Source: a virus. From it: 46,063 bases of DNA. Each line of letters opens with the position of its first letter. Position 1 is the stretch's first letter. Both the position numbers and the translations under genes were made by a program. Below are positions 25,228 through 34,456 of this stretch, piece after piece. The stretch lies in the IMG/VR virus record IMGVR_UViG_3300021077_000115, positions 1-46,063 of that record, one strand, 5' to 3'. The notes below the pieces were generated by a model. It was not told the DNA's origin and ran no database searches. It worked only from the letters and a program-made list of their open reading frames with translations.

Positions 25228-26382
25228 ATGACATATAAACGATTTGCTGATAACGCTGATAATATTGGCTTTATGACTGGTGATGATTTTACTAGGCTTA
25301 ATGGTATATCAGATGGTTATGTTACTAAGATTGATTCTCGCTTACCGACATCACCAATAATTACCAACAGCGGGTCTGCTGTTTCTGGTGACGTTGTTCG
25401 ACTTGCATCTACCGGGGTATTAGCTAAAGCTCAGGCTGATTCAGTATCCCATGCTGTTTCTGTTATAGGTGCGTGGGATGGTTATCAAGTATTACCATTC
25501 TCTTCTCAGCCAATAGTTACATTTGATTCAGCACCAATTGTAGGAAAACCCTGCTATTTGTCATCTACCATCGCAGGAGCATTGACTTCTGCTGCTCCAG
25601 CTAGTGGCGCTGTATCAGTGCCTCCTGATTTGATTATATTACAGGATTATACAGTTGGAGTATCTTATAAGGCTAGAGTTGGCAAAAGCGCCTCAATTGT
25701 TTCTCCACTAAGTATAGATCAACAATTCGTAGCTGATGCCGCATCTTTAATTGGAGTACTTCCAAATTCATTGCATCTAAAGTTTGATGACTTCAATACC
25801 TTGCCAACAACTGGGTATCCTGTCTTTGGTACAATAACCTACGCGATCACGCCTGGCACTCACCTGAACCAGACCGGAGCACCATCCACCCTAGATTTCT
25901 CTTCCACTGATGGAGCATACCCAGAGTGGGTTGTTCAACTAGCATCACCATCCACCCCTACAGACTTGAACTTGCTTTCGAATGTAGCGCTAACCTCCCA
26001 GCTTTGGGCTTTTAGAGCAAGGTTCAAGATAGCAAGACTGAACGAGACGTTCAAGTTCTACATCGATAGGGGCGCTGGGAATGAAACAATTGGAATAGTC
26101 ATAGTCACTGTGTCGGCCGTGAATAGCTTCTATGCTATGTTCGGTAACTTTAGTCCATTGGCTATTGATCCTAGCCCGAGCCAACGACAACTACTCATCG
26201 CGGAAGATACTGCTTGGCATGTGTTTACTATGTGGAGTATTGGTGATGGATCAATGAGAGTAAAGTTAGACAACGGTACTACTTATACCTTTGCTCTTCC
26301 TGCAATCAGCGCCATCGCCCCACGGTTCTCAATGGTCACAACGAATGCAATCTTCGACTATTGGATGATGGGGACTGTCTAA
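25228..26382 (+). CDS. Hypothetical protein (384 aa), a possible structural or fibre protein.
   Basis: ORF only. It is rich in Ser/Thr/Gly. Confidence 0.45.
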   Translation: MTYKRFADNADNIGFMTGDDFTRLNGISDGYVTKIDSRLPTSPIITNSGSAVSGDVVRLASTGVLAKAQADSVSHAVSVIGAWDGYQVLPFSSQPIVTFDSAPIVGKPCYLSSTIAGALTSAAPASGAVSVPPDLIILQDYTVGVSYKARVGKSASIVSPLSIDQQFVADAASLIGVLPNSLHLKFDDFNTLPTTGYPVFGTITYAITPGTHLNQTGAPSTLDFSSTDGAYPEWVVQLASPSTPTDLNLLSNVALTSQLWAFRARFKIARLNETFKFYIDRGAGNETIGIVIVTVSAVNSFYAMFGNFSPLAIDPSPSQRQLLIAEDTAWHVFTMWSIGDGSMRVKLDNGTTYTFALPAISAIAPRFSMVTTNAIFDYWMMGTV

Positions 26383-27443
26383 TGCATCTAATATCATCAC
26401 GTTGGAGTAATCGTTGGAATCAAAGTCCAGCTCAATGGGCTTCTATGAGGGCTGCCTTCATAAATGTTATTTATCCTCATGGCTTGCCAACTGGTGGAGT
26501 TGATGTAATTCAACAAAATTTTAACTACGCCGGAGTTGGAATAGCTCTACCAGCTAATTGTACTCACATGACACGGTACACAATTACCTCTCCAGGTATG
26601 CGTCCAGGAGGAGATCCTCAGTACACTTATTTATTGTACCCGACAAGCCCAAACAACAAGTTGATTGTGTGGTTGACAGGTCACGATGGCTGGGTTGACT
26701 ATGCTGGACCAGCTGAGGGTAATGTTATCCAAGCAATGCTAGGTGCTGGGTATTATGTGCTTGTATGCCAACAAATGTCATTTGATTACCCGACTGGTCC
26801 AGTGGGGACTCACATTGTAGTGGGCGGATCTTGGACTTACTCAGCAGGATCTTGGAGCAATACCGGTGGCACTCTAACTCACTTCACAGAGCACGAAGCA
26901 TGGCCACTTGCTAGTGATGGTGGTCCGGATGGCATACTACAGTTCATCCACCACATCATGCTTAGTGCGAACCAAGCTGTGACTGAGGTTAGCCCAATAA
27001 AGTGTATTCTGGCTGGACACTCGGGTGGTGGCGTTGACGGAAACATTGTTGCTGCTATTGATTCGCGATACGTCTCTTGGTATAGCAACTGTCCAGGATT
27101 GCCTCTTATTCAGACAGGATACCTAGGGTCTCCTATTGATTGGGAAAGTTACTTACCAACAATTACTTACTCAAGTCCACCCTACTCACAGGACTACTGG
27201 GGGACCCTCAGAATAGGCGCAAGTTGGCCTGGGAGACACTCAGACCTAGTGAGTTCTCTCAATGATGAGTACTGGTTTCCAGTGAACGTGCCTCTATGGT
27301 ATGAACTCAGTGAGTCAATTGTCGATTATATGCGCTCTGCTGGTTCAACCTTTACCTATTACCTAGACCCGACAAACTTCCCAGGTCACGTGATGAACGC
27401 AGTGCGAATCAATAGAATGCTAACCTTAATGGCAAATGACTAG
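26361..27443 (+). CDS. Hypothetical protein with an alpha/beta-hydrolase-like nucleophile elbow.
   Basis: ILAGHSGGGVDG is a GxSxG motif. Confidence 0.4.
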   Translation: MDDGDCLMHLISSRWSNRWNQSPAQWASMRAAFINVIYPHGLPTGGVDVIQQNFNYAGVGIALPANCTHMTRYTITSPGMRPGGDPQYTYLLYPTSPNNKLIVWLTGHDGWVDYAGPAEGNVIQAMLGAGYYVLVCQQMSFDYPTGPVGTHIVVGGSWTYSAGSWSNTGGTLTHFTEHEAWPLASDGGPDGILQFIHHIMLSANQAVTEVSPIKCILAGHSGGGVDGNIVAAIDSRYVSWYSNCPGLPLIQTGYLGSPIDWESYLPTITYSSPPYSQDYWGTLRIGASWPGRHSDLVSSLNDEYWFPVNVPLWYELSESIVDYMRSAGSTFTYYLDPTNFPGHVMNAVRINRMLTLMAND

Positions 27444-27491
27444 CTGAAGACTCGGAAGCTTCGGAGCTTACGCTAAGTCTGGTATATTGTT

Positions 27492-28523
27492 ATGGCTCGT
27501 AAATTTCTATACAAACTTCATGCTTTAATTTCTAACTATGCTTCTAACCAAGTAACGCATTTGCTTTATTCGGGGCTTGGGTGGACGGTAGTTGGAAACA
27601 TTGATACCGCAGGAACGTCTGGTAACTTATCATCTATTGCCTCAAATGTTCAAGGCTCACGTGTATTGTTTGCTAGTTACTATGGAAGTAGTGTAGTTCC
27701 ATTAAATTATTCTGGTGGCACTTGGATTGCAGGAAGCCCAGTTTCAGTTCCTAGTGGTGGTGGTAATGTATCGTCTGTTACAATATCAGATGATGGACTG
27801 CATGCATTAGCAACCGGAGATTTTGCAACTGGAGTTACTCCATTTGAATTCAATACAGGCACTGGCCTTTGGACGGCTGGGTCTATTGTTCTTGTCCCAA
27901 GTGGAGACTCATTAGGTTTTGATTCAATAAGAATGACACGTGATGGGTTAAGGGCATTAGTTGTTCCTAAATATGATGATACCGCATGGCCATTGGCACG
28001 TAATCCAATTACTAATATTTGGACTGTAGGAAGTGGTATTTCACTCAATTCATCTAACGAAAGATTTTTCGCAATCGGAATTTCACAGGATTCTAATGTA
28101 GCAATAATAGGTAGTAACTTGTCCGGAGTCCAATCAGATGGTCTTACTTGGAATGGGACTACATGGGATCGTACGTCAATACCAGTCACATTAATTAGTG
28201 CTTCTTGGCGACCAGATGGCTTATCAGCAATAGGGGGAAATGGTGAGGGAGAAGCGGGATCTATTCGTACTGTTAATTTTGATCCAATAACCAAAGCTTT
28301 TACTGCAGGACAAACTCTAACTGGCTTTTCTAATGTAGGTACAGTTACCGTAGCTAATGATGGAATTGGCGATCTTGCCTTAGCTTCTGACTTTTCTGGA
28401 AACGTATTAATCCCTCTCACTTATTCTAGGTCTACCGGGCTTTGGTCAGCCGGAGCTCCAATCACAAGCCCACTTTTCACTAACCCTTCCACGTCTATTG
28501 TATTCCCGGTTTGGGATGCTTGA
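27492..28523 (+). CDS. Hypothetical repeat-containing protein (343 aa).
   Basis: Recurrent G[LT]W[TS]AGS segments suggest a beta-propeller or fibre-like repeat. Confidence 0.45.
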   Translation: MARKFLYKLHALISNYASNQVTHLLYSGLGWTVVGNIDTAGTSGNLSSIASNVQGSRVLFASYYGSSVVPLNYSGGTWIAGSPVSVPSGGGNVSSVTISDDGLHALATGDFATGVTPFEFNTGTGLWTAGSIVLVPSGDSLGFDSIRMTRDGLRALVVPKYDDTAWPLARNPITNIWTVGSGISLNSSNERFFAIGISQDSNVAIIGSNLSGVQSDGLTWNGTTWDRTSIPVTLISASWRPDGLSAIGGNGEGEAGSIRTVNFDPITKAFTAGQTLTGFSNVGTVTVANDGIGDLALASDFSGNVLIPLTYSRSTGLWSAGAPITSPLFTNPSTSIVFPVWDA

Positions 28524-28554
28524 TAAATATCAGCTAATTCTTTGGTAATATAGT

Positions 28555-29079
28555 GTGGATATTATTCAGCTTCATAAGTTCGCAGACCTATTTAAAGCAG
28601 CGGTGAAAGAAGTAAAGATCGAAACTAACTTCGACAAAGGAGATCATGTATTCGGTTATCAACTACTTCTAGACTTCTACAATTGCAAGAAGGGCGTCTG
28701 CGATGACATGGAACTTTGTTATGATTTCTTGGACAAGGTAGTTGAGCATATAGGTATGAACAGAATGGCACCGCCACAAATTCTACGTGGTGATGCTAAG
28801 AAATATCCAGAGAAAGGCCCTGGGCTTTCTGGATGGATACCACTAATTGAAAGCTCTGCTGTAATCCATACGTTATCAAAGAAGGATTTTATTTCTATCG
28901 ATGTGTATAGCTGTAAGTATTTTGAAGTCCAGAAGACGTTGGACTTTGCACGTCAATATTTTAAACCTAAGGTTATTGAATATCAAACTATTGAACGCGG
29001 AATAGACTATTATAGGGTACACACTAAACACCATTCGATGACAGCTAGTGACGATATAATAGATATTGAAAAGAAGTAA
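28555..29079 (+). CDS. speH: Pyruvoyl-dependent S-adenosylmethionine decarboxylase proenzyme (SpeH/SpeD small bacterial class).
   Basis: PLIESSAVIHTLSKKDFISIDVYSCK matches the self-cleavage and active-site region (…ES|S…IHT…D[VI]F[TS]C) of class-1 AdoMetDC. Confidence 0.6.
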   Translation: MDIIQLHKFADLFKAAVKEVKIETNFDKGDHVFGYQLLLDFYNCKKGVCDDMELCYDFLDKVVEHIGMNRMAPPQILRGDAKKYPEKGPGLSGWIPLIESSAVIHTLSKKDFISIDVYSCKYFEVQKTLDFARQYFKPKVIEYQTIERGIDYYRVHTKHHSMTASDDIIDIEKK

Positions 29080-29112
29080 GTCGAGAATATTTATGCGATT
29101 CCATTGTAATCA

Positions 29113-29643
29113 ATGGAAATTAAGTTAACTAAAGGCTTGGTTGCTATTGTTCCAGATAATGTATTTGAACATTTGAATGCATGGAATTGGCACGCCGGAA
29201 AATATGGTAGGACTTTTTATGCCATTCGCAACAGCCCTCGTAAAAACAAGAAGAGAAAAACAATACTAATGCACCGCATTATATGGGAATTATTACACCC
29301 AGAATATATTGGAACTAAATACCAATTAGATCATGTTGATGGAGTTGGATTTAATAATCTTGAGAATAATCTTAGAGTTGCCTCCGTGATTGAGAATCAA
29401 AGAAACAAGATAAAACCTAACAACTGTTCAAGTAAATATAAAGGTATACACTGGAATAAAGAGAAGGGTAAGTGGCAGGCACAAATTAGAGCTGGAGAAT
29501 TGTGTCAGAATGGGAAACACAAGCAAATACACCTTGGTTATTTCTGTTCTGAAATAGAAGCGGCTGAAGCTTATAATCAGGCTGCTATAAAATATTTTGG
29601 AGAGTTTGCAAAATTGAATTTTACACTAAGAAATTACCAATAA
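29113..29643 (+). CDS. HNH homing endonuclease with a C-terminal AP2 DNA-binding domain.
   Basis: The HNH region is HRIIWELL…LDHVDGVGFNNLENNLRVASVIENQRN. The AP2-like region is YKGIHWNKEKGKWQAQIR…IHLGYFCSEIEAAEAYNQAAIKYFGEFAKLNF. Confidence 0.75.
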   Translation: MEIKLTKGLVAIVPDNVFEHLNAWNWHAGKYGRTFYAIRNSPRKNKKRKTILMHRIIWELLHPEYIGTKYQLDHVDGVGFNNLENNLRVASVIENQRNKIKPNNCSSKYKGIHWNKEKGKWQAQIRAGELCQNGKHKQIHLGYFCSEIEAAEAYNQAAIKYFGEFAKLNFTLRNYQ

Positions 29644-29664
29644 ACGCTGATATATAAATCGGGC

Positions 29665-30501
29665 ATGGATAAAGAATGTGCAGTTTATGACGGGTATTGC
29701 TTTTACAGAATTTCTGGGACCAGAAGAGCAAGGTTTATTATAGATTATGGTGAGGGATTTGAAACTGGCACGATAATCATTCCTATGTTTAAAATAGCAA
29801 ATGGCATCGTTAGATCTTCTAATTGGAATGGTGATACTTCAAAAGACTCAGAGATAGAAGACCAGTACAGGAGCAATAGTGATTATGAATGCTTGCTGTC
29901 AAATATAGAAGCATCAAAAGATCAATTCTTCAATCCAAAGTATAAATTTATACCAGCTCCAAATCATTGGGTAAATGATACAATGATAGAAATTGGTCCA
30001 GATGAGCCAAAACTAGAAATCCCTATAAGAACAACTATAGTTGTTGCTGGTGACGATGGGCACTTTGGAGTTGCAATTGTACCAGGAATGGTAATTGCAA
30101 GAATTAAAGAAGAAGTAATCAGTAATGATATAGATGAATGTTTCACATCTTACGATGGTTATTGTGTATATCATATTTCTAGTTATCACAAAGAAGGCGT
30201 TAGGTTCCTTGCAGATTGTGAAGATGCCAAAGGAAAATATGAACAACGATATATTGTTCCACTATTCCGCATAGCTAATGGCCAAGTAAGGACTCGTAAT
30301 TGGAATGGCGATACCTCTGGAGAAGAGCTAGGTAATGATTACGATTGCCTACATGCTAATATCAAAGCAACAGAAGATATTAACCCTATAAAAGGTAAAA
30401 CTATAGTAATAACAACAGACGACGGATTATATGGTGTTGGTGTCTTTAAATGTATTCCAACTGCCAGAATAAAAGAAGAAGTAATACCCTTGCATTGTTA
30501 A
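29665..30501 (+). CDS. Hypothetical protein built from two about 140-aa internal repeats.
   Basis: The two halves share DGYC[FV]Y[RH]IS…[IL]FRIANG.VR[ST].NWNGDTS…G[VA]…ARIKEEVI. Confidence 0.45.
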   Translation: MDKECAVYDGYCFYRISGTRRARFIIDYGEGFETGTIIIPMFKIANGIVRSSNWNGDTSKDSEIEDQYRSNSDYECLLSNIEASKDQFFNPKYKFIPAPNHWVNDTMIEIGPDEPKLEIPIRTTIVVAGDDGHFGVAIVPGMVIARIKEEVISNDIDECFTSYDGYCVYHISSYHKEGVRFLADCEDAKGKYEQRYIVPLFRIANGQVRTRNWNGDTSGEELGNDYDCLHANIKATEDINPIKGKTIVITTDDGLYGVGVFKCIPTARIKEEVIPLHC

Positions 30502-30502
30502 T

Positions 30503-31834
30503 ATGAAAGCATTATCCGCTGCGCTATTATTATTGGTAATGGCTTGTGGTTCTTCTGGAAACACAAATCAAACTATAGGAACTGTTTCAGTAGGCGGTTC
30601 AAATGTTACACAAAGCTCCAGCGGTAATACCGATGTAAGCTCTGGCAACACTGGCGGTGTCTCAACTGCTAGCTCTGGTGGCGATACAAGCTCAGCTGGC
30701 ACCATGGCCACAAGCACTGATGGACCTGGAGGCACGTCCAGCACTGGTGATACAAGCACAGATCCATCAATGAGTTTAGGCGGTTCGCAAGACTTTGCCT
30801 CAAGCGGTGGCGGCAGTTCAATGGATGTTGGTTCTGGTGGCGGTAGCTCAGTAGATGTATCAACTGGAGGTGCAGTGACAATAGATATACCAACCGGAGG
30901 CGGAAGCTCGATAGATGTAGCAACTGGCGGAGGAAGTTCTGTTGATGTTATTACGGGTGGCGCAAGCTCTATTGATATGCGAACTGGTGGTGGAACTAGT
31001 ATTGATCTGGCAACTGGCGGAGCACCTTCCATTGATCTCGGCTGCAACAGTGCGTCTCCTCTAAACCAAATAAACGTCTTCGTAACCATGGACGCAGCGC
31101 CCTCGGGCGCTGACACCGAAGGCAACATGTACGTTGGCGGTAATCTGACAGCCACGGGTAGTTACACCGTTGGCGCGAAAGACACGCTGGATTGCACCCG
31201 TTACTCATTGGTCGTGGGTGGGAACATCACGATCAAGGGCGGAAGCGTAAACGGCGGCAAGGCCGTTTATGGCGGAACCACCGCTAGTGTCAGCGGCGTC
31301 AGCTTTGCGTGTGACGGTTTGACGCGAGGCAAGGGCCCGGTTGACTTGGTAGCGTTGAAGGCAACGGTCGAAGAGTTGAGCATTCGATTGTCGAAACTCA
31401 CATCCAACGGCACGGTCACCTCAACCAGCGGCAAGCTGACGCTCACCGGCACGGACAAGAAGCTCAACATCTTCAACGTCACGGCGGCGCAGTTGAACGC
31501 CGTCACGGAAACCGTTGTGAATTTCCCAGCGGCCTCTGCTGTGGTCGTCAACGTGAGCGGCACAGACGTGGTCTGGGGCAACGGCTCCGTATGCCTCAAT
31601 GGGCAGTGTGGGGATAGCGATCAAGCGACTAACGTGCTCTGGAATTTCTACGAGGCTGCGACCCTCTACTCGACGGGTATGGCCATTCAAGGGTCTGTGT
31701 TGGCACCGTTCGCCACGCTCGATGGAGGCGGCGGACATATTGCGGGTCAGGTCATCGTGCGGTATCTAAAGGGCGGACTCGAATATCACCCCTACTACTT
31801 CGATGCGTGCCTCATGTGGACTTCGCTCGTGTGA
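30503..31834 (+). CDS. Secreted lipoprotein with a Gly/Ser-rich region of tandem 12-aa repeats and a C-terminal GC-rich domain (choice-of-anchor-A-like by eye).
   Basis: A lipobox LLLLVMAC|G. Eight imperfect repeats of GGGSS[MVI]D[VMIL]xTGG. A C-terminal NVFVTMD…GNMYVGGN…YSLVVGGNITIKGGSVNGG pattern. GC rises to about 60% from about 31040 onward. Confidence 0.55.
   Translation: MKALSAALLLLVMACGSSGNTNQTIGTVSVGGSNVTQSSSGNTDVSSGNTGGVSTASSGGDTSSAGTMATSTDGPGGTSSTGDTSTDPSMSLGGSQDFASSGGGSSMDVGSGGGSSVDVSTGGAVTIDIPTGGGSSIDVATGGGSSVDVITGGASSIDMRTGGGTSIDLATGGAPSIDLGCNSASPLNQINVFVTMDAAPSGADTEGNMYVGGNLTATGSYTVGAKDTLDCTRYSLVVGGNITIKGGSVNGGKAVYGGTTASVSGVSFACDGLTRGKGPVDLVALKATVEELSIRLSKLTSNGTVTSTSGKLTLTGTDKKLNIFNVTAAQLNAVTETVVNFPAASAVVVNVSGTDVVWGNGSVCLNGQCGDSDQATNVLWNFYEAATLYSTGMAIQGSVLAPFATLDGGGGHIAGQVIVRYLKGGLEYHPYYFDACLMWTSLV
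30803..31040 (+). repeat. Tandem 36-bp (12-codon) direct repeat array, about 6-7 units, inside the lipoprotein gene.
   Basis: Seen directly: …ggcggtagctcagtagatgtatcaactgga / ggcggaagctcgatagatgtagcaactggc / ggaggaagttctgttgatgttattacgggt…. Confidence 0.7.
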
Positions 31835-31974
31835 GCGGTATGTTGAGAAATATAATCACCAACAGCTTCATGAACAATACTAGTCAACGTCACGCCACGT
31901 TGCTTAGCGAGTTCTTTGAGAGCTTTTAAATCAGCAGTTGGAATATTGAATCTAACGTTAGTGTTCTCTGCCAT
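31795..31974 (-). CDS. Ribbon-helix-helix (CopG/Arc-like) small DNA-binding protein, 59 aa. It is absent from the ORF track because it is under 60 aa.
   Basis: Manual translation gives MAENTNVRFNIPTADLKALKELAKQRGVTLTSIVHEAVGDYISQH…, a beta-strand then two-helix RHH pattern. Its ATG lies 1 nt after the TAA of the upstream minus-strand gene. Its 3' end overlaps the convergent lipoprotein gene by about 40 nt. Confidence 0.4.
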   Translation of the reverse strand: MAENTNVRFNIPTADLKALKELAKQRGVTLTSIVHEAVGDYISQHTAHTSEVHMRHASK

Positions 31975-31975
31975 G

Positions 31976-32284
31976 TTACATTTCGTATATAGATTCTACT
32001 TTGCGTTTATCTATTAGGTATTTGCTAAGACCTCCATCAATCAATGCAATAGCTTCTTCTGGTGTCATTACACTTGATTGACTATGCAAGACATATTCAG
32101 ACCCAACTTTCAAATGGAAAGAATAGTTCTTGTATGGCGGAGAATCATATCCGCTATATCCAAACTTCCATTCGACAATGTGAGCTTCATAAGGACCAAG
32201 CTTGATTGCCCAATGAGTTTTACTATCTGGGTCTCCAATATCTGGCTGACCTTCAACTTCTACGCCCAACAGTATTAGTTTCAT
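31976..32284 (-). CDS. Hypothetical protein (102 aa).
   Basis: ORF only. It is followed immediately by the RHH ORF. Confidence 0.45.
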   Translation of the reverse strand: MKLILLGVEVEGQPDIGDPDSKTHWAIKLGPYEAHIVEWKFGYSGYDSPPYKNYSFHLKVGSEYVLHSQSSVMTPEEAIALIDGGLSKYLIDKRKVESIYEM

Positions 32285-32581
32285 ATTGATGTTCCTTAAA
32301 GCGAAGTAGGCAGAAGGTTATGATCCTACCTGCCCATCGACTCCCCGTCCGGAGCTACTTCTGTCGATGTTGCCTAGTTCGTGTCCTGCGTCCAGTCCAA
32401 GCGATCTCAGCGCTTCCTAGGCCGGTAAATACTTACCCTCGGATAAGAGATGTCCTTTAGGGGACTACCTAGGGATTAAGTTGCTTACCTGAAAGCGATA
32501 CTAGCTAAAGCCGTCTGAATTGTCAAAGAAAAATCTCAGCGCGTAGTCAAAAATCCTCTGGGCCTAACGCCGTATTCTTAT

Positions 32582-33115
32582 ATGGCAAGCCCAAATGACA
32601 TAATTGAAATAGTGAATAGCTACATTGGTGATAGTTTAGTTAACAAGAAAGATGATCTTGCTGAACTCATTGCTCGTGGTGTTGATGATCCTGCACAAAT
32701 TGTTATGGTGAAAACCAATTGCGCAGTTTTCGCACTGGGAGTTTGGTGTTTGGTTGGCGTTCAACATGATCTATTGAAGATAAAATATCAGAACGGAATG
32801 GCCATCGTCTGGGTCCGTAAGATAGCACAGGCCAAAGGTGCCCTACGCACATATAAGAAAGATGGTCTTCCTATTGCTGGATCCTTAATGCATTATTATA
32901 CTCCCAATCGAAATGACAATCATGTAGAATTCTTACTTGAAGATCCAAACGATAAACACTTTGCCTTACACGCCGGAGGTGGTCGAGATAAAAACGAGAT
33001 AGGTTCGGGCACAAGTGATATCACTTGGAGCTGGCAACCAAGCCGCAAACTCCAAGAATGGATAGATCCTGTGGCCCTTCTCGCAGACTCTCCTGATTTC
33101 AGCTGGAATAAATAA
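32582..33115 (+). CDS. Hypothetical protein, possibly a papain-like (CHAP/NlpC-P60-type) cysteine peptidase.
   Basis: A candidate Cys in KTNCAVFALGVW and a downstream His in DNHVEFLL. This is weak. Confidence 0.3.
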   Translation: MASPNDIIEIVNSYIGDSLVNKKDDLAELIARGVDDPAQIVMVKTNCAVFALGVWCLVGVQHDLLKIKYQNGMAIVWVRKIAQAKGALRTYKKDGLPIAGSLMHYYTPNRNDNHVEFLLEDPNDKHFALHAGGGRDKNEIGSGTSDITWSWQPSRKLQEWIDPVALLADSPDFSWNK

Positions 33116-33154
33116 ACACTCTTTGGTAACAACAATTTACTTAACTACAGATCT

Positions 33155-33895
33155 ATGTATGAACTTAAGGCTGCTAAATTCTATATCAGAAACCGTGATG
33201 GATTCCCTGAAACGGAAGTGCTGGACTATTCTCGCCGAGGATTTTGGTTACTTGGAGTAGAAACATCTACATTCGAATCTACAGAAGAGATTTCAGAGAT
33301 TGGTGATCTAAGTCCTACCGTTGGTCTGGCTGGTTACATAGAGGATGTTCATCGCGCTCTTGCAAAGCTTGGGCTTCCAACACCAAAGAGCATTGACTAT
33401 CCAGAAGAACTCACAGACTTTCTTGGACGTTCGCTACGGCAAATGAAGCTGGGAGAGATCCGTTCCATGGCGGATTCCTACTTCATCAAGCCAGTCCAGC
33501 ATAAAATCTTCAATGGAATGATTTGGAACAATGATAAACTATCTCGCCGTTTAATTGTAACCCAAGCCGATGACGTTGATGTTTGGGTATCCGGGCTTGT
33601 CAATTTCGTTTCAGAATACCGATCATTTATTTTGGATGGGCAGGTACTTGACTGCCGGCATTATAAAGGAGATTGGTCAAAGGCTCCTGACAAGTCAGTG
33701 GTAGAGGCTGGCGCGGCAGCTATGAAGGGACACAGCCCGATAGCATACTGCCTAGACTGGGGCGTCACCGATGATGGCAGAACTCTACTGGTAGAGTTCA
33801 ATGACGGATATTCCTTCGGTCACTATGGGCTCAATCCAGTCTTCTGCGCACATATGCTATCAGCGAGGTGGTATGAGATGTGTTTAGGATATTAG
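33155..33895 (+). CDS. ATP-grasp-fold ligase-like protein.
   Basis: KPVQHKIFNG, EYRSFILDGQVL and LDWGVTDDGRTLLVEFNDGYSFG resemble the ATP-grasp B/C subdomain motifs. Confidence 0.45.
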   Translation: MYELKAAKFYIRNRDGFPETEVLDYSRRGFWLLGVETSTFESTEEISEIGDLSPTVGLAGYIEDVHRALAKLGLPTPKSIDYPEELTDFLGRSLRQMKLGEIRSMADSYFIKPVQHKIFNGMIWNNDKLSRRLIVTQADDVDVWVSGLVNFVSEYRSFILDGQVLDCRHYKGDWSKAPDKSVVEAGAAAMKGHSPIAYCLDWGVTDDGRTLLVEFNDGYSFGHYGLNPVFCAHMLSARWYEMCLGY

Positions 33896-34456
33896 ATTCA
33901 CAATCCTGATATAACCTTACTCGCCACCAATGCTGATATTCAAATATACGCGTATGGAACATATTCTACAACTAACGCTTTTCAAATCAATGGTACTTGT
34001 AAAGCTGAATTGCACACTAATAACACATGCGCTAATCCAGTAGTAATCAATTTCAATAATGCCAATCCTACAACGGTTACTCTATCAGGTGAACTGATTC
34101 AGGATACGGCTACAACCGGTTCTAAGAGAAGCAATCAGTATGAAGCACCCTGCCGCCATCGACGAACACTTGGGTTCGTATCTTGGACTTGAGCACCAAG
34201 TCTTCAGTCTGAACGTGATACTCTATCCCATTCCTTGAAAGGCTTCTGTTCAGCCCCATCGCTGGTTGTCGAGCTTCAGGCATTAGTGGCTCCCCCTGGC
34301 GCAGTAGATTTATCTGACCTAATCAATCCAGATGAAATCTTCGTTGCCATATTAAGATGCTACAGGCGAACCATCTCAATGTTCAACTAAAAACTTCAAC
34401 CTGTTGAATTTAGGTAGGCCTTTTGGATAGTGTGAATTCAAAGAACCCACATAGAG

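Noticed and set aside
30568-31738. Minus-strand ORFs 30568..31155 (195 aa), 30669..30923, 30996..31208, 31267..31599, 31421..31738 inside the lipoprotein gene.
   Set aside because: They lie antisense to a gene with lipobox and domain support, in a repeat-containing or GC-rich stretch that suppresses stops.
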